Positions 13,501-28,500 of a DNA stretch of 58,912 bases are shown here, in pieces (the first letter of the stretch is position 1; every line of letters starts with the position of its first letter). The stretch is from Nemertoderma westbladi. Lineage: Eukaryota; Animalia; Xenacoelomorpha. The translations under genes and the position numbers were made by a program. The stretch is from positions 1 to 58,912 of the forward strand of contig JAUCBJ010005532.1 of NCBI GenBank assembly GCA_032718475.1, in the 5' to 3' direction. The notes under the pieces are model-generated. The model was not told the origin of the DNA. It was given only the letters and a program-made list of their open reading frames with translations, and did not search any database.

Positions 13501-16500
13501 CGAAGCTATTTAATGTCTAACAAACTACATAGTGTGGAATGGCGAAGCTATTTAATGTCTAACAAACTACGTAGTGTGGAATGGCGAAGCGATTTAATGT
13601 ATAACAAACTACATAGTGTCTAATAGTAAAGCTATTTAATGTCTAACAAACTACATAGTGTGGAATGGCGAAGCGATTTAATGTCTAACAAACTACGTAG
13701 TGTGGAATGGCGAAGCGATTTAATGTATAACAAACTACATAGTGTGGAATGGCGAAGCGATTTAATGTCTAACAAACTACGTAGTGTGGAATGGCGAAGC
13801 GATTTAATGTATAACAAACTACGTAGTGTGGAATGGCGAAGCGATTTAATGTATAACAAACTACATAGTGTGGAATGGCGAAGCTATTTAATGTCTAACA
13901 AACTACATAGTGTGGAATGGCGAAGCTATTTAATGTCTAACAAACTACGTAGTGTGGAATGGCGAAGCTATTTAATGTCTAACAAACTACATAGTGTGGA
14001 ATGGCGAAGCGATTTAATGTATAACAAACTACATAGTGTGGAATGGCGAAGCTATTTAATGTCTAACAAACTACGTAGTGTGGAATGGCGAAGCGATTTA
14101 ATGTATAACAAACTACGTAGTGTGGAATGGCGAAGCTATTTAATGTGTAACAAACTACATAGTGTGGAATGGCGAAGCGATTTAATGTATAACAAACTAC
14201 GTAGTGTGGAATGGCGAAGCTATTTAATGTGTAACAAACTACGTAGTGTGGAATGGCGAAGCGATTTAATGTGTAACAAACTACATAGTGTGGAATGGCG
14301 AAGCGATTTAATGTATAACAAACTACGTAGTGTGGAATGGCGAAGCGATTTAATGTATAACAAACTACGTAGTGTGGAATGGCGAAGCTATTTAATGTGT
14401 AACAAACTACGTAGTGTGGAATGGCGAAGCGATTTAATGTATAACAAACTACGTAGTGTGGAATGGCGAAGCTATTTAATGTGTAACAAACTACGTAGTG
14501 TGGAATGGCGAAGCGATTTAATGTATAACAAACTACGTAGTGTGGAATGGCGAAGCTATTTAATGTCTAACAAACTACATAGTGTGGAATGGCGAAGCTA
14601 TTTAATGTCTAACAAACTACATAGTGTGGAATGGCGAAGCGATTTAATGTCTAACAAACTACGTAGTGTGGAATGGCAAAGCTATTTAATGTCTAACAAA
14701 CTACGTAGTGTGGAATGGCGAAGCGATTTAATGTATAACAAACTACATAGTGTGGAATGGCGAAGCGATTTAATGTCTAACAAACTACGTAGTGTGGAAT
14801 GGCGAAGCTATTTAATGTCTAACAAACTACATAGTGTGGAATGGCGAAGCGATTTAATGTCTAACAAACTACGTAGTGTGGAATGGCGAAGCTATTTAAT
14901 GTCTAACAAACTACATAGTGTGGAATGGCGAAGCGATTTAATGTCTAACAAACTACGTAGTGTGGAATGGCGAAGCTATTTAATGTCTAACAAACTACAT
15001 AGTGTGGAATGGCGAAGCGATTTAATGTATAACAAACTACATAGTGTGGAATGGCGAAGCGATTTAATGTCTAACAAACTACGTAGTGTGGAATGGCGAA
15101 GCTATTTAATGTCTAACAAACTACATAGTGTGGAATGGCGAAGCGATTTAATGTCTAACAAACTACGTAGTGTGGAATGGCGAAGCTATTTAATGTCTAA
15201 CAAACTACATAGTGTGGAATGGCGAAGCGATTTAATGTCTAACAAACTACGTAGTGTGGAATGGCGAAGCTATTTAATGTCTAACAAACTACATAGTGTG
15301 GAATGGCGAAGCGATTTAATGTATAACAAACTACATAGTGTGGAATGGCGAAGCTATTTAATGTCTAACAAACTACATAGTGTGGAATGGCGAAGCGATT
15401 TAATGTCTAACAAACTACGTAGTGTGGAATGGCGAAGCTATTTAATGTCTAACAAACTACATAGTGTGGAATGGCGAAGCGATTTAATGTCTAACAAACT
15501 ACATAGTGTCTAATAGCAAAGCTATTTAATGTCTAACAAACTACATAGTGTGGAATGGCGAAGCTATTTAATGTCTAACAAACTACATAGTGTGCAATGG
15601 CGAAGCTATTTAATGTCTAACAAACTACATAGTGTGGAATGGCGAAGCGATTTAATGTATAACAAACTACGTAGTGTGGAATGGCGAAGCGATTTAATGT
15701 ATAACAAACTACGTAGTGTGGAATGGCGAAGCGATTTAATGTATAACAAACTACATAGTGTGGAATGACGAAGCGATTTAATGTCTAACAAACTACGTAG
15801 TGTGGAATGGCGAAGCTATTTAATGTCTAACAAACTACGTAGTGTCTAATAGTAAAGCTATTTAATGTCTAACAAACTACATAGTGTGGAATGGCGAAGC
15901 GATTTAATGTCTAACAAACTACATAGTGTCTAATAGTAAAGCTATTTAATGTCTAACAAACTACATAGTGTCTAATAGTAAAGCTATTTAATGTATAACA
16001 AACTACATAGTGTCTAATAGTAAAGCTATTTAATGTATAACAAACTACATAGTGTCTAATAGTAAAGCTATTTAATGTCTAACAAACTACATAGTGTCTA
16101 ATAGTAAAGCTATTTAATGTATAACAAACTACATAGTGTCTAATAGTAAAGCTATTTAATGTCTAACAAACTACGTAGTGTGGAATGGCGAAGCGATTTA
16201 ATGTCTAACAAACTACATAGTGTCTAATAGCAAAGCTATTTAATGTCTAACAAACTACATAGTGTGGAATGGCGAAGCGATTTAATGTCTAACAAACTAC
16301 ATAGTGTCTAATAGTAAAGCTATTTAATGTCTAACAAACTACATAGTGTGGAATGGCGAAGCGATTTAATGTCTAACAAACTACGTAGTGTCTAATAGTA
16401 AAGCTATTTAATGTCTAACAAACTACATAGTGTGGAATGGCGAAGCGATTTAATGTCTAACAAACTACATAGTGTGGAATGGCGAAGCTATTTAATGTCT

Positions 16501-19500
16501 AACAAACTACATAGTGTCTAATAGTAAAGCTATTTAATGTCTAACAAACTACATAGTGTCTAATAGTAAAGCTATTTAATGTATAACAAACTACATAGTG
16601 TCTAATAGTAAAGCTATTTAATGTCTAACAAACTACATAGTGTGGAATGGCGAAGCGATTTAATGTCTAACAAACTACATAGTGTGGAATGGCGAAGCTA
16701 TTTAATGTCTAACAAACTACATAGTGTGGAATGGCGAAGCTATTTAATGTCTAACAAACTACATAGTGTCTAATAGTAAAGCTATTTAATGTCTAACAAA
16801 CTACATAGTGTGGAATGGCGAAGCGATTTAATGTCTAACAAACTACATAGTGTGGAATGGCGAAGCTATTTAATGTCTAACAAACTACATAGTGTCTAAT
16901 AGTAAAGCTATTTAATGTCTAACAAACTACATAGTGTCTAATAGTAAAGCTATTTAATGTATAACAAACTACATAGTGTCTAATAGTAAAGCTATTTAAT
17001 GTATAACAAACTACATAGTGTCTAATAGTAAAGCTATTTAATGTCTAACAAACTACATAGTGTCTAATAGTAAAGCTATTTAATGTATAACAAACTACAT
17101 AGTGTCTAATAGTAAAGCTATTTAATGTCTAACAAACTACGTAGTGTGGAATGGCGAAGCGATTTAATGTCTAACAAACTACATAGTGTGGAATGGCGAA
17201 GCGATTTAATGTCTAACAAACTACATAGTGTGGAATGGCGAAGCTATTTAATGTCTAACAAACTACGTAGTGTCTAATAGCAAAGCTATTTAATGTCTAA
17301 CAAACTACATAGTGTCTAATAGTAAAGCTATTTAATGTCTAACAAACTACATAGTGTCTAATAGTAAAGCTATTTAATGTCTAACAAACTACGTAGTGTG
17401 GAATGGCGAAGCTATTTAATGTCTAACAAACTACATAGTGTCTAATAGCAAAGCTATTTAATGTCTAACAAACTACATAGTGTCTAATAGTAAAGCTATT
17501 TAATGTCTAACAAACTACATAGTGTCTAATAGTAAAGCTATTTAATGTCTAACAAACTACGTAGTGTGGAATGGCGAAGCGATTTAATGTCTAACAAACT
17601 ACATAGTGTCTAATAGTAAAGCTATTTAATGTCTAACAAACTACATAGTGTCTAATAGTAAAGCTATTTAATGTATAACAAACTACATAGTGTCTAATAG
17701 TAAAGCTATTTAATGTATAACAAACTACATAGTGTCTAATAGTAAAGCTATTTAATGTCTAACAAACTACATAGTGTCTAATAGTAAAGCTATTTAATGT
17801 ATAACAAACTACATAGTGTCTAATAGTAAAGCTATTTAATGTCTAACAAACTACATAGTGTCTAATAGTAAAGCTATTTAATGTCTAACAAACTACATAG
17901 TGTGGAATGGCGAAGCGATTTAATGTATAACAAACTACATAGTGTGGAATGGCGAAGCTATTTAATGTCTAACAAACTACATAGTGTGGAATGGCGAAGC
18001 GATTTAATGTGTAACAAACTACATAGTGTGCAATGGCGAAGCTATTTAATGTCTAACAAACTACGTAGTGTCTAATAGCAAAGCTATTTAATGTCTAACA
18101 AACTACATAGTGTCTAATAGTAAAGCTATTTAATGTATAACAAACTACATAGTGTCTAATAGTAAAGCTATTTAATGTCTAACAAACTACATAGTGTCTA
18201 ATAGTAAAGCTATTTAATGTCTAACAAACTACATAGTGTGGAATGGCGAAGCGATTTAATGTATAACAAACTACATAGTGTGGAATGGCGAAGCTATTTA
18301 ATGTCTAACAAACTACATAGTGTGGAATGGCGAAGCGATTTAATGTGTAACAAACTACATAGTGTGCAATGGCGAAGCTATTTAATGTCTAACAAACTAC
18401 GTAGTGTCTAATAGCAAAGCGATTTAATGTCTAACAAACTACATAGTGTGGAATGGCGAAGCGATTTAATGTCTAACAAACTACATAGTGTGGAATGGCG
18501 AAGCTATTTAATGTCTAACAAACTACGTAGTGTCTAATAGCAAAGCTATTTAATGTCTAACAAACTACATAGTGTCTAATAGTAAAGCTATTTAATGTCT
18601 AACAAACTACATAGTGTCTAATAGTAAAGCTATTTAATGTCTAACAAACTACGTAGTGTGGAATGGCGAAGCGATTTAATGTCTAACAAACTACATAGTG
18701 TGGAATGGCGAAGCTATTTAATGTCTAACAAACTACGTAGTGTCTAATAGCAAAGCTATTTAATGTCTAACAAACTACATAGTGTCTAATAGTAAAGCTA
18801 TTTAATGTCTAACAAACTACGTAGTGTGGAATGGCGAAGCGATTTAATGTCTAACAAACTACATAGTGTGGAATGGCGAAGCGATTTAATGTCTAACAAA
18901 CTACATAGTGTGGAATGGCGAAGCGATTTAATGTCTAACAAACTACATAGTGTGGAATGGCGAAGCTATTTAATGTCTAACAAACTACGTAGTGTCTAAT
19001 AGCAAAGCTATTTAATGTCTAACAAACTACATAGTGTGGAATGGCGAAGCTATTTAATGTCTAACAAACTACATAGTGTGGAATGGCGAAGCTATTTAAT
19101 GTCTAACAAACTACATAGTGTGGAATGGCGAAGCGATTTAATGTCTAACAAACTACATAGTGTGGAATGGCGAAGCGATTTAATGTCTAACAAACTACAT
19201 AGTGTCCAATAGCAAAGCTATTTAATGTCTAACAAACTACGTAGTGTGGAATGGCGAAGCGATTTAATGTCTAACAAACTACATAGTGTGGAATGGCGAA
19301 GCTATTTAATGTCTAACAAACTACATAGTGTGGAATGGCGAAGCTATTTAATGTCTAACAAACTACATAGTGTGGAATGGCGAAGCGATTTAATGTCTAA
19401 CAAACTACATAGTGTGGAATGGCGAAGCTATTTAATGTCTAACAAACTACGTAGTGTCTAATAGCAAAGCTATTTAATGTCTAACAAACTACATAGTGTG

Positions 19501-22500
19501 GAATGGCGAAGCGATTTAATGTCTAACAAACTACATAGTGTGGAATGGCGAAGCTATTTAATGTCTAACAAACTACATAGTGTCTAATAGCAAAGCTATT
19601 TAATGTCTAACAAACTACATAGTGTGGAATGGCGAAGCTATTTAATGTCTAACAAACTACGTAGTGTCCAATAGCAAAGCTATTTAATGTCTAACAAACT
19701 ACATAGTGTCTAATAGCAAAGCTATTTAATGTCTAACAAACTACATAGTGTGGAATGGCGAAGCTATTTAATGTCTAACAAACTACGTAGTGTCCAATAG
19801 CAAAGCTATTTAATGTCTAACAAACTACATAGTGTGGAATGGCGAAGCTATTTAATGTCTAACAAACTACGTAGTGTGGAATGGCGAAGCGATTTAATGT
19901 CTAACAAACTACATAGTGTGGAATGGCGAAGCTATTTAATGTCTAACAAACTACGTAGTGTGGAATGGCGAAGCTATTTAATGTCTAACAAACTACATAG
20001 TGTCCAATAGCAAAGCTGTTTAATGTCTAACAAACTACGTAGTGTGGAATGGCGAAGCGATTTAATGTCTAACAAACTACATAGTGTGGAATGGCGAAGC
20101 TATTTAATGTCTAACAAACTACATAGTGTCCAATAGCAAAGCTGTTTAATGTCTAACAAACTACGTAGTGTGGAATGGCGAAGCTATTTAATGTCTAACA
20201 AACTACATAGTGTCCAATAGCAAAGCTGTTTAATGTCTAACAAACTACGTAGTGTGGAATGGCGAAGCGATTTAATGTCTAACAAACTACATAGTGTGGA
20301 ATGGCGAAGCGATTTAATGTCTAACAAACTACATAGTGTCCAATAGCAAAGCTATTTAATGTCTAACAAACTACATAGTGTGGAATGGCGAAGCGATTTA
20401 ATGTCTAACAAACTACATAGTGTGGAATGGCGAAGCTATTTAATGTCTAACAAACTACATAGTGTGGAATGGCGAAGCGATTTAATGTCTAACAAACTAC
20501 ATAGTGTCCAATAGCAAAGCTGTTTAATGTCTAACAAACTACATAGTGTGGAATGGCGAAGCGATTTAATGTCTAACAAACTACATAGTGTGGAATGGCG
20601 AAGCGATTTAATGTCTAACAAACTACATAGTGTCCAATAGCAAAGCTATTTAATGTCTAACAAACTACATAGTGTGGAATGGCGAAGCGATTTAATGTCT
20701 AACAAACTACATAGTGTCCAATAGCAAAGCTATTTAATGTCTAACAAACTACATAGTGTGGAATGGCGAAGCGATTTAATGTCTAACAAACTACATAGTG
20801 TGGAATGGCGAAGCGATTTAATGTCTAACAAACTACATAGTGTCCAATAGCAAAGCTATTTAATGTCTAACAAACTACATAGTGTGGAATGGCGAAGCGA
20901 TTTAATGTCTAACAAACTACATAGTGTCCAATAGCAAAGCTATTTAATGTCTAACAAACTACGTAGTGTGGAATGGCGAAGCGATTTAATGTCTAACAAA
21001 CTACATAGTGTCCAATAGCAAAGCTGTTTAATGTCTAACAAACTACATAGTGTGGAATGGCGAAGCGATTTAATGTCTAACAAACTACATAGTGTCCAAT
21101 AGCAAAGCTATTTAATGTCTAACAAACTACGTAGTGTGGAATGGCGAAGCGATTTAATGTCTAACAAACTACATAGTGTGGAATGGCGAAGCTATTTAAT
21201 GTCTAACAAACTACATAGTGTGGAATGGCGAAGCTATTTAATGTCTAACAAACTACATAGTGTGGAATGGCGAAGCGATTTAATGTCTAACAAACTACAT
21301 AGTGTGGAATGGCGAAGCTATTTAATGTCTAACAAACTACGTAGTGTCTAATAGCAAAGCTATTTAATGTCTAACAAACTACATAGTGTGGAATGGCGAA
21401 GCGATTTAATGTCTAACAAACTACATAGTGTGGAATGGCGAAGCTATTTAATGTCTAACAAACTACGTAGTGTCTAATAGTAAAGCTATTTAATGTCTAA
21501 CAAACTACATAGTGTCTAATAGCAAAGCTATTTAATGTCTAACAAACTACATAGTGTGGAATGGCGAAGCTATTTAATGTCTAACAAACTACGTAGTGTG
21601 GAATGGCGAAGCTATTTAATGTCTAACAAACTACATAGTGTCCAATAGCAAAGCTGTTTAATGTCTAACAAACTACGTAGTGTGGAATGGCGAAGCGATT
21701 TAATGTCTAACAAACTACATAGTGTGGAATGGCGAAGCTATTTAATGTCTAACAAACTACATAGTGTCCAATAGCAAAGCTGTTTAATGTCTAACAAACT
21801 ACGTAGTGTGGAATGGCGAAGCTATTTAATGTCTAACAAACTACATAGTGTCCAATAGCAAAGCTGTTTAATGTCTAACAAACTACGTAGTGTGGAATGG
21901 CGAAGCGATTTAATGTCTAACAAACTACATAGTGTGGAATGGCGAAGCGATTTAATGTCTAACAAACTACATAGTGTCCAATAGCAAAGCTATTTAATGT
22001 CTAACAAACTACATAGTGTGGAATGGCGAAGCGATTTAATGTCTAACAAACTACATAGTGTGGAATGGCGAAGCTATTTAATGTCTAACAAACTACATAG
22101 TGTGGAATGGCGAAGCGATTTAATGTCTAACAAACTACGTAGTGTGGAATGGCGAAGCGATTTAATGTCTAACAAACTACATAGTGTGGAATGGCGAAGC
22201 TATTTAATGTCTAACAAACTACGTAGTGTGGAATGGCGAAGCTATTTAATGTCTAACAAACTACATAGTGTCCAATAGCAAAGCTGTTTAATGTCTAACA
22301 AACTACGTAGTGTGGAATGGCGAAGCGATTTAATGTCTAACAAACTACATAGTGTGGAATGGCGAAGCTATTTAATGTCTAACAAACTACATAGTGTGGA
22401 ATGGCGAAGCTATTTAATGTCTAACAAACTACATAGTGTCCAATAGCAAAGCTATTTAATGTCTAACAAACTACGTAGTGTCCAATAGCAAAGCTGTTTA

Positions 22501-25500
22501 ATGTCTAACAAACTACGTAGTGTCCAATAGCAAAGCTGTTTAATGTCTAACAAACTACGTAGTGTGGAATGGCGAAGCTATTTAATGTCTAACAAACTAC
22601 ATAGTGTCCAATAGCAAAGCTGTTTAATGTCTAACAAACTACGTAGTGTCCAATAGCAAAGCTGTTTAATGTCTAACAAACTACGTAGTGTGGAATGGCG
22701 AAGCTATTTAATGTCTAACAAACTACATAGTGTCCAATAGCAAAGCTGTTTAATGTCTAACAAACTACGTAGTGTGGAATGGCGAAGCGATTTAATGTCT
22801 AACAAACTACATAGTGTGGAATGGCGAAGCGATTTAATGTCTAACAAACTACATAGTGTGGAATGGCGAAGCGATTTAATGTCTAACAAACTACATAGTG
22901 TGGAATGGCGAAGCTATTTAATGTCTAACAAACTACATAGTGTGGAATGGCGAAGCGATTTAATGTCTAACAAACTACATAGTGTCCAATAGCAAAGCTA
23001 TTTAATGTCTAACAAACTACATAGTGTGGAATGGCGAAGCGATTTAATGTCTAACAAACTACATAGTGTGGAATGGCGAAGCTATTTAATGTCTAACAAA
23101 CTACATAGTGTGGAATGGCGAAGCGATTTAATGTCTAACAAACTACATAGTGTCCAATAGCAAAGCTATTTAATGTCTAACAAACTACATAGTGTGGAAT
23201 GGCGAAGCGATTTAATGTCTAACAAACTACATAGTGTGGAATGGCGAAGCTATTTAATGTCTAACAAACTACATAGTGTGGAATGGCGAAGCGATTTAAT
23301 GTCTAACAAACTACATAGTGTCCAATAGCAAAGCTGTTTAATGTCTAACAAACTACGTAGTGTCCAATAGCAAAGCTATTTAATGTCTAACAAACTACAT
23401 AGTGTGGAATGGCGAAGCTATTTAATGTCTAACAAACTACATAGTGTGGAATGGCGAAGCGATTTAATGTCTAACAAACTACATAGTGTGGAATGGCGAA
23501 GCTATTTAATGTCTAACAAACTACATAGTGTGGAATGGCGAAGCGATTTAATGTCTAACAAACTACATAGTGTGGAATGGCGAAGCGATTTAATGTCTAA
23601 CAAACTACATAGTGTGGAATGGCGAAGCGATTTAATGTCTAACAAACTACATAGTGTGGAATGGCGAAGCTATTTAATGTCTAACAAACTACATAGTGTG
23701 GAATGGCGAAGCGATTTAATGTCTAACAAACTACATAGTGTCCAATAGCAAAGCTGTTTAATGTCTAACAAACTACGTAGTGTCCAATAGCAAAGCTATT
23801 TAATGTCTAACAAACTACATAGTGTGGAATGGCGAAGCGATTTAATGTCTAACAAACTACATAGTGTGGAATGGCGAAGCGATTTAATGTCTAACAAACT
23901 ACATAGTGTGGAATGGCGAAGCTATTTAATGTCTAACAAACTACATAGTGTGGAATGGCGAAGCTATTTAATGTCTAACAAACTACATAGTGTGGAATGG
24001 CGAAGCTATTTAATGTCTAACAAACTACATAGTGTGGAATGGCGAAGCGATTTAATGTCTAACAAACTACATAGTGTCCAATAGCAAAGCTGTTTAATGT
24101 CTAACAAACTACGTAGTGTCCAATAGCAAAGCTATTTAATGTCTAACAAACTACATAGTGTGGAATGGCGAAGCGATTTAATGTCTAACAAACTACATAG
24201 TGTCCAATAGCAAAGCTGTTTAATGTCTAACAAACTACGTAGTGTGGAATGGCGAAGCGATTTAATGTCTAACAAACTACATAGTGTGGAATGGCGAAGC
24301 GATTTAATGTCTAACAAACTACATAGTGTGGAATGGCGAAGCGATTTAATGTCTAACAAACTACATAGTGTGGAATGGCGAAGCTATTTAATGTCTAACA
24401 AACTACATAGTGTGGAATGGCGAAGCGATTTAATGTCTAACAAACTACATAGTGTCCAATAGCAAAGCTGTTTAATGTCTAACAAACTACGTAGTGTCCA
24501 ATAGCAAAGCTATTTAATGTCTAACAAACTACATAGTGTGGAATGGCGAAGCGATTTAATGTCTAACAAACTACATAGTGTCCAATAGCAAAGCTGTTTA
24601 ATGTCTAACAAACTACGTAGTGTGGAATGGCGAAGCGATTTAATGTCTAACAAACTACATAGTGTGGAATGGCGAAGCTATTTAATGTCTAACAAACTAC
24701 ATAGTGTGGAATGGCGAAGCGATTTAATGTCTAACAAACTACATAGTGTCCAATAGCAAAGCTGTTTAATGTCTAACAAACTACGTAGTGTGGAATGGCG
24801 AAGCTATTTAATGTCTAACAAACTACATAGTGTGGAATGGCGAAGCGATTTAATGTCTAACAAACTACATAGTGTGGAATGGCGAAGCTATTTAATGTCT
24901 AACAAACTACATAGTGTGGAATGGCGAAGCGATTTAATGTCTAACAAACTACATAGTGTGGAATGGCGAAGCGATTTAATGTCTAACAAACTACATAGTG
25001 TGGAATGGCGAAGCGATTTAATGTCTAACAAACTACATAGTGTCTAATAGTAAAGCTATTTAATGTCTAACAAACTACATAGTGTCTAATAGTAAAGCTA
25101 TTTAATGTATAACAAACTACATAGTGTCTAATAGTAAAGCTATTTAATGTCTAACAAACTACATAGTGTCTAATAGTAAAGCTATTTAATGTATAACAAA
25201 CTACATAGTGTCTAATAGTAAAGCTATTTAATGTATAACAAACTACATAGTGTCTAATAGTAAAGCTATTTAATGTCTAACAAACTACATAGTGTCTAAT
25301 AGTAAAGCTATTTAATGTATAACAAACTACATAGTGTCTAATAGTAAAGCTATTTAATGTCTAACAAACTACGTAGTGTGGAATGGCGAAGCGATTTAAT
25401 GTCTAACAAACTACATAGTGTCTAATAGCAAAGCTATTTAATGTCTAACAAACTACATAGTGTGGAATGGCGAAGCGATTTAATGTCTAACAAACTACAT

Positions 25501-28500
25501 AGTGTGCAATGGCGAAGCTATTTAATGTCTAACAAACTACGTAGTGTCTAATAGCAAAGTTATTTAATGTCTAACAAACTACATAGTGTGGAATGGCGAA
25601 GCTATTTAATGTCTAACAAACTACATAGTGTGGAATGGCGAAGCGATTTAATGTCTAACAAACTACGTAGTGTCTAATAGCAAAGTTATTTAATGTCTAA
25701 CAAACTACATAGTGTGGAATGGCGAAGCTATTTAATGTCTAACAAACTACGTAGTGTGGAATGGCGAAGCTATTTAATGTATAACAAACTACATAGTGTC
25801 TAATAGTAAAGCTATTTAATGTCTAACAAACTACATAGTGTGGAATGGCGAAGCGATTTAATGTCTAACAAACTACGTAGTGTGGAATGGCGAAGCTATT
25901 TAATGTCTAACAAACTACGTAGTGTCTAATAGTAAAGCTATTTAATGTCTAACAAACTACATAGTGTGGAATGGCGAAGCGATTTAATGTCTAACAAACT
26001 ACATAGTGTGGAATGGCGAAGCGATTTAATGTCTAACAAACTACGTAGTGTCTAATAGTAAAGCTATTTAATGTCTAACAAACTACATAGTGTGGAATGG
26101 CGAAGCGATTTAATGTCTAACAAACTACATAGTGTCTAATAGTAAAGCTATTTAATGTCTAACAAACTACATAGTGTCTAATAGTAAAGCTATTTAATGT
26201 ATAACAAACTACATAGTGTCTAATAGTAAAGCTATTTAATGTATAACAAACTACATAGTGTCTAATAGTAAAGCTATTTAATGTCTAACAAACTACATAG
26301 TGTCTAATAGTAAAGCTATTTAATGTATAACAAACTACATAGTGTCTAATAGTAAAGCTATTTAATGTCTAACAAACTACGTAGTGTGGAATGGCGAAGC
26401 GATTTAATGTCTAACAAACTACATAGTGTGGAATGGCGAAGCGATTTAATGTCTAACAAACTACATAGTGTGGAATGGCGAAGCTATTTAATGTCTAACA
26501 AACTACGTAGTGTCTAATAGCAAAGCTATTTAATGTCTAACAAACTACATAGTGTCTAATAGTAAAGCTATTTAATGTCTAACAAACTACATAGTGTCTA
26601 ATAGTAAAGCTATTTAATGTCTAACAAACTACGTAGTGTGGAATGGCGAAGCGATTTAATGTCTAACAAACTACATAGTGTGGAATGGCGAAGCGATTTA
26701 ATGTCTAACAAACTACATAGTGTGGAATGGCGAAGCTATTTAATGTCTAACAAACTACGTAGTGTCTAATAGCAAAGCTATTTAATGTCTAACAAACTAC
26801 ATAGTGTGGAATGGCGAAGCGATTTAATGTCTAACAAACTACATAGTGTGGAATGGCGAAGCTATTTAATGTCTAACAAACTACGTAGTGTCTAATAGCA
26901 AAGCTATTTAATGTCTAACAAACTACGTAGTGTGGAATGGCGAAGCTATTTAATGTCTAACAAACTACATAGTGTCCAATAGCAAAGCTGTTTAATGTCT
27001 AACAAACTACGTAGTGTGGAATGGCGAAGCGATTTAATGTCTAACAAACTACATAGTGTCCAATAGCAAAGCTGTTTAATGTCTAACAAACTACGTAGTG
27101 TGGAATGGCGAAGCGATTTAATGTCTAACAAACTACATAGTGTGGAATGGCGAAGCGATTTAATGTCTAACAAACTACATAGTGTCCAATAGCAAAGCTG
27201 TTTAATGTCTAACAAACTACGTAGTGTGGAATGGCGAAGCGATTTAATGTCTAACAAACTACATAGTGTGGAATGGCGAAGCTATTTAATGTCTAACAAA
27301 CTACATAGTGTGGAATGGCGAAGCTATTTAATGTCTAACAAACTACGTAGTGTGGAATGGCGAAGCTATTTAATGTCTAACAAACTACGTAGTGTGGAAT
27401 GGCGAAGCGATTTAATGTCTAACAAACTACATAGTGTCCAATAGCAAAGCTGTTTAATGTCTAACAAACTACGTAGTGTGGAATGGCGAAGCTATTTAAT
27501 GTCTAACAAACTACATAGTGTGGAATGGCGAAGCTATTTAATGTCTAACAAACTACGTAGTGTCTAATAGCAAAGCTATTTAATGTCTAACAAACTACGT
27601 AGTGTGGAATGGCGAAGCTATTTAATGTCTAACAAACTACGTAGTGTCTAATAGCAAAGCTATTTAATGTCTAACAAACTACGTAGTGTGGAATGGCGAA
27701 GCTATTTAATGTCTAACAAACTACATAGTGTCCAATAGCAAAGCTGTTTAATGTCTAACAAACTACGTAGTGTGGAATGGCGAAGCGATTTAATGTCTAA
27801 CAAACTACATAGTGTGGAATGGCGAAGCGATTTAATGTCTAACAAACTACATAGTGTCCAATAGCAAAGCTGTTTAATGTCTAACAAACTACGTAGTGTG
27901 GAATGGCGAAGCGATTTAATGTCTAACAAACTACATAGTGTGGAATGGCGAAGCGATTTAATGTCTAACAAACTACATAGTGTCCAATAGCAAAGCTGTT
28001 TAATGTCTAACAAACTACGTAGTGTGGAATGGCGAAGCGATTTAATGTCTAACAAACTACATAGTGTGGAATGGCGAAGCTATTTAATGTCTAACAAACT
28101 ACATAGTGTGGAATGGCGAAGCGATTTAATGTCTAACAAACTACATAGTGTGGAATGGCGAAGCGATTTAATGTCTAACAAACTACATAGTGTCCAATAG
28201 CAAAGCTGTTTAATGTCTAACAAACTACGTAGTGTGGAATGGCGAAGCGATTTAATGTCTAACAAACTACATAGTGTCCAATAGCAAAGCTGTTTAATGT
28301 CTAACAAACTACGTAGTGTGGAATGGCGAAGCGATTTAATGTCTAACAAACTACATAGTGTGGAATGGCGAAGCGATTTAATGTCTAACAAACTACATAG
28401 TGTGGAATGGCGAAGCGATTTAATGTCTAACAAACTACATAGTGTGGAATGGCGAAGCGATTTAATGTCTAACAAACTACATAGTGTCCAATAGCAAAGC

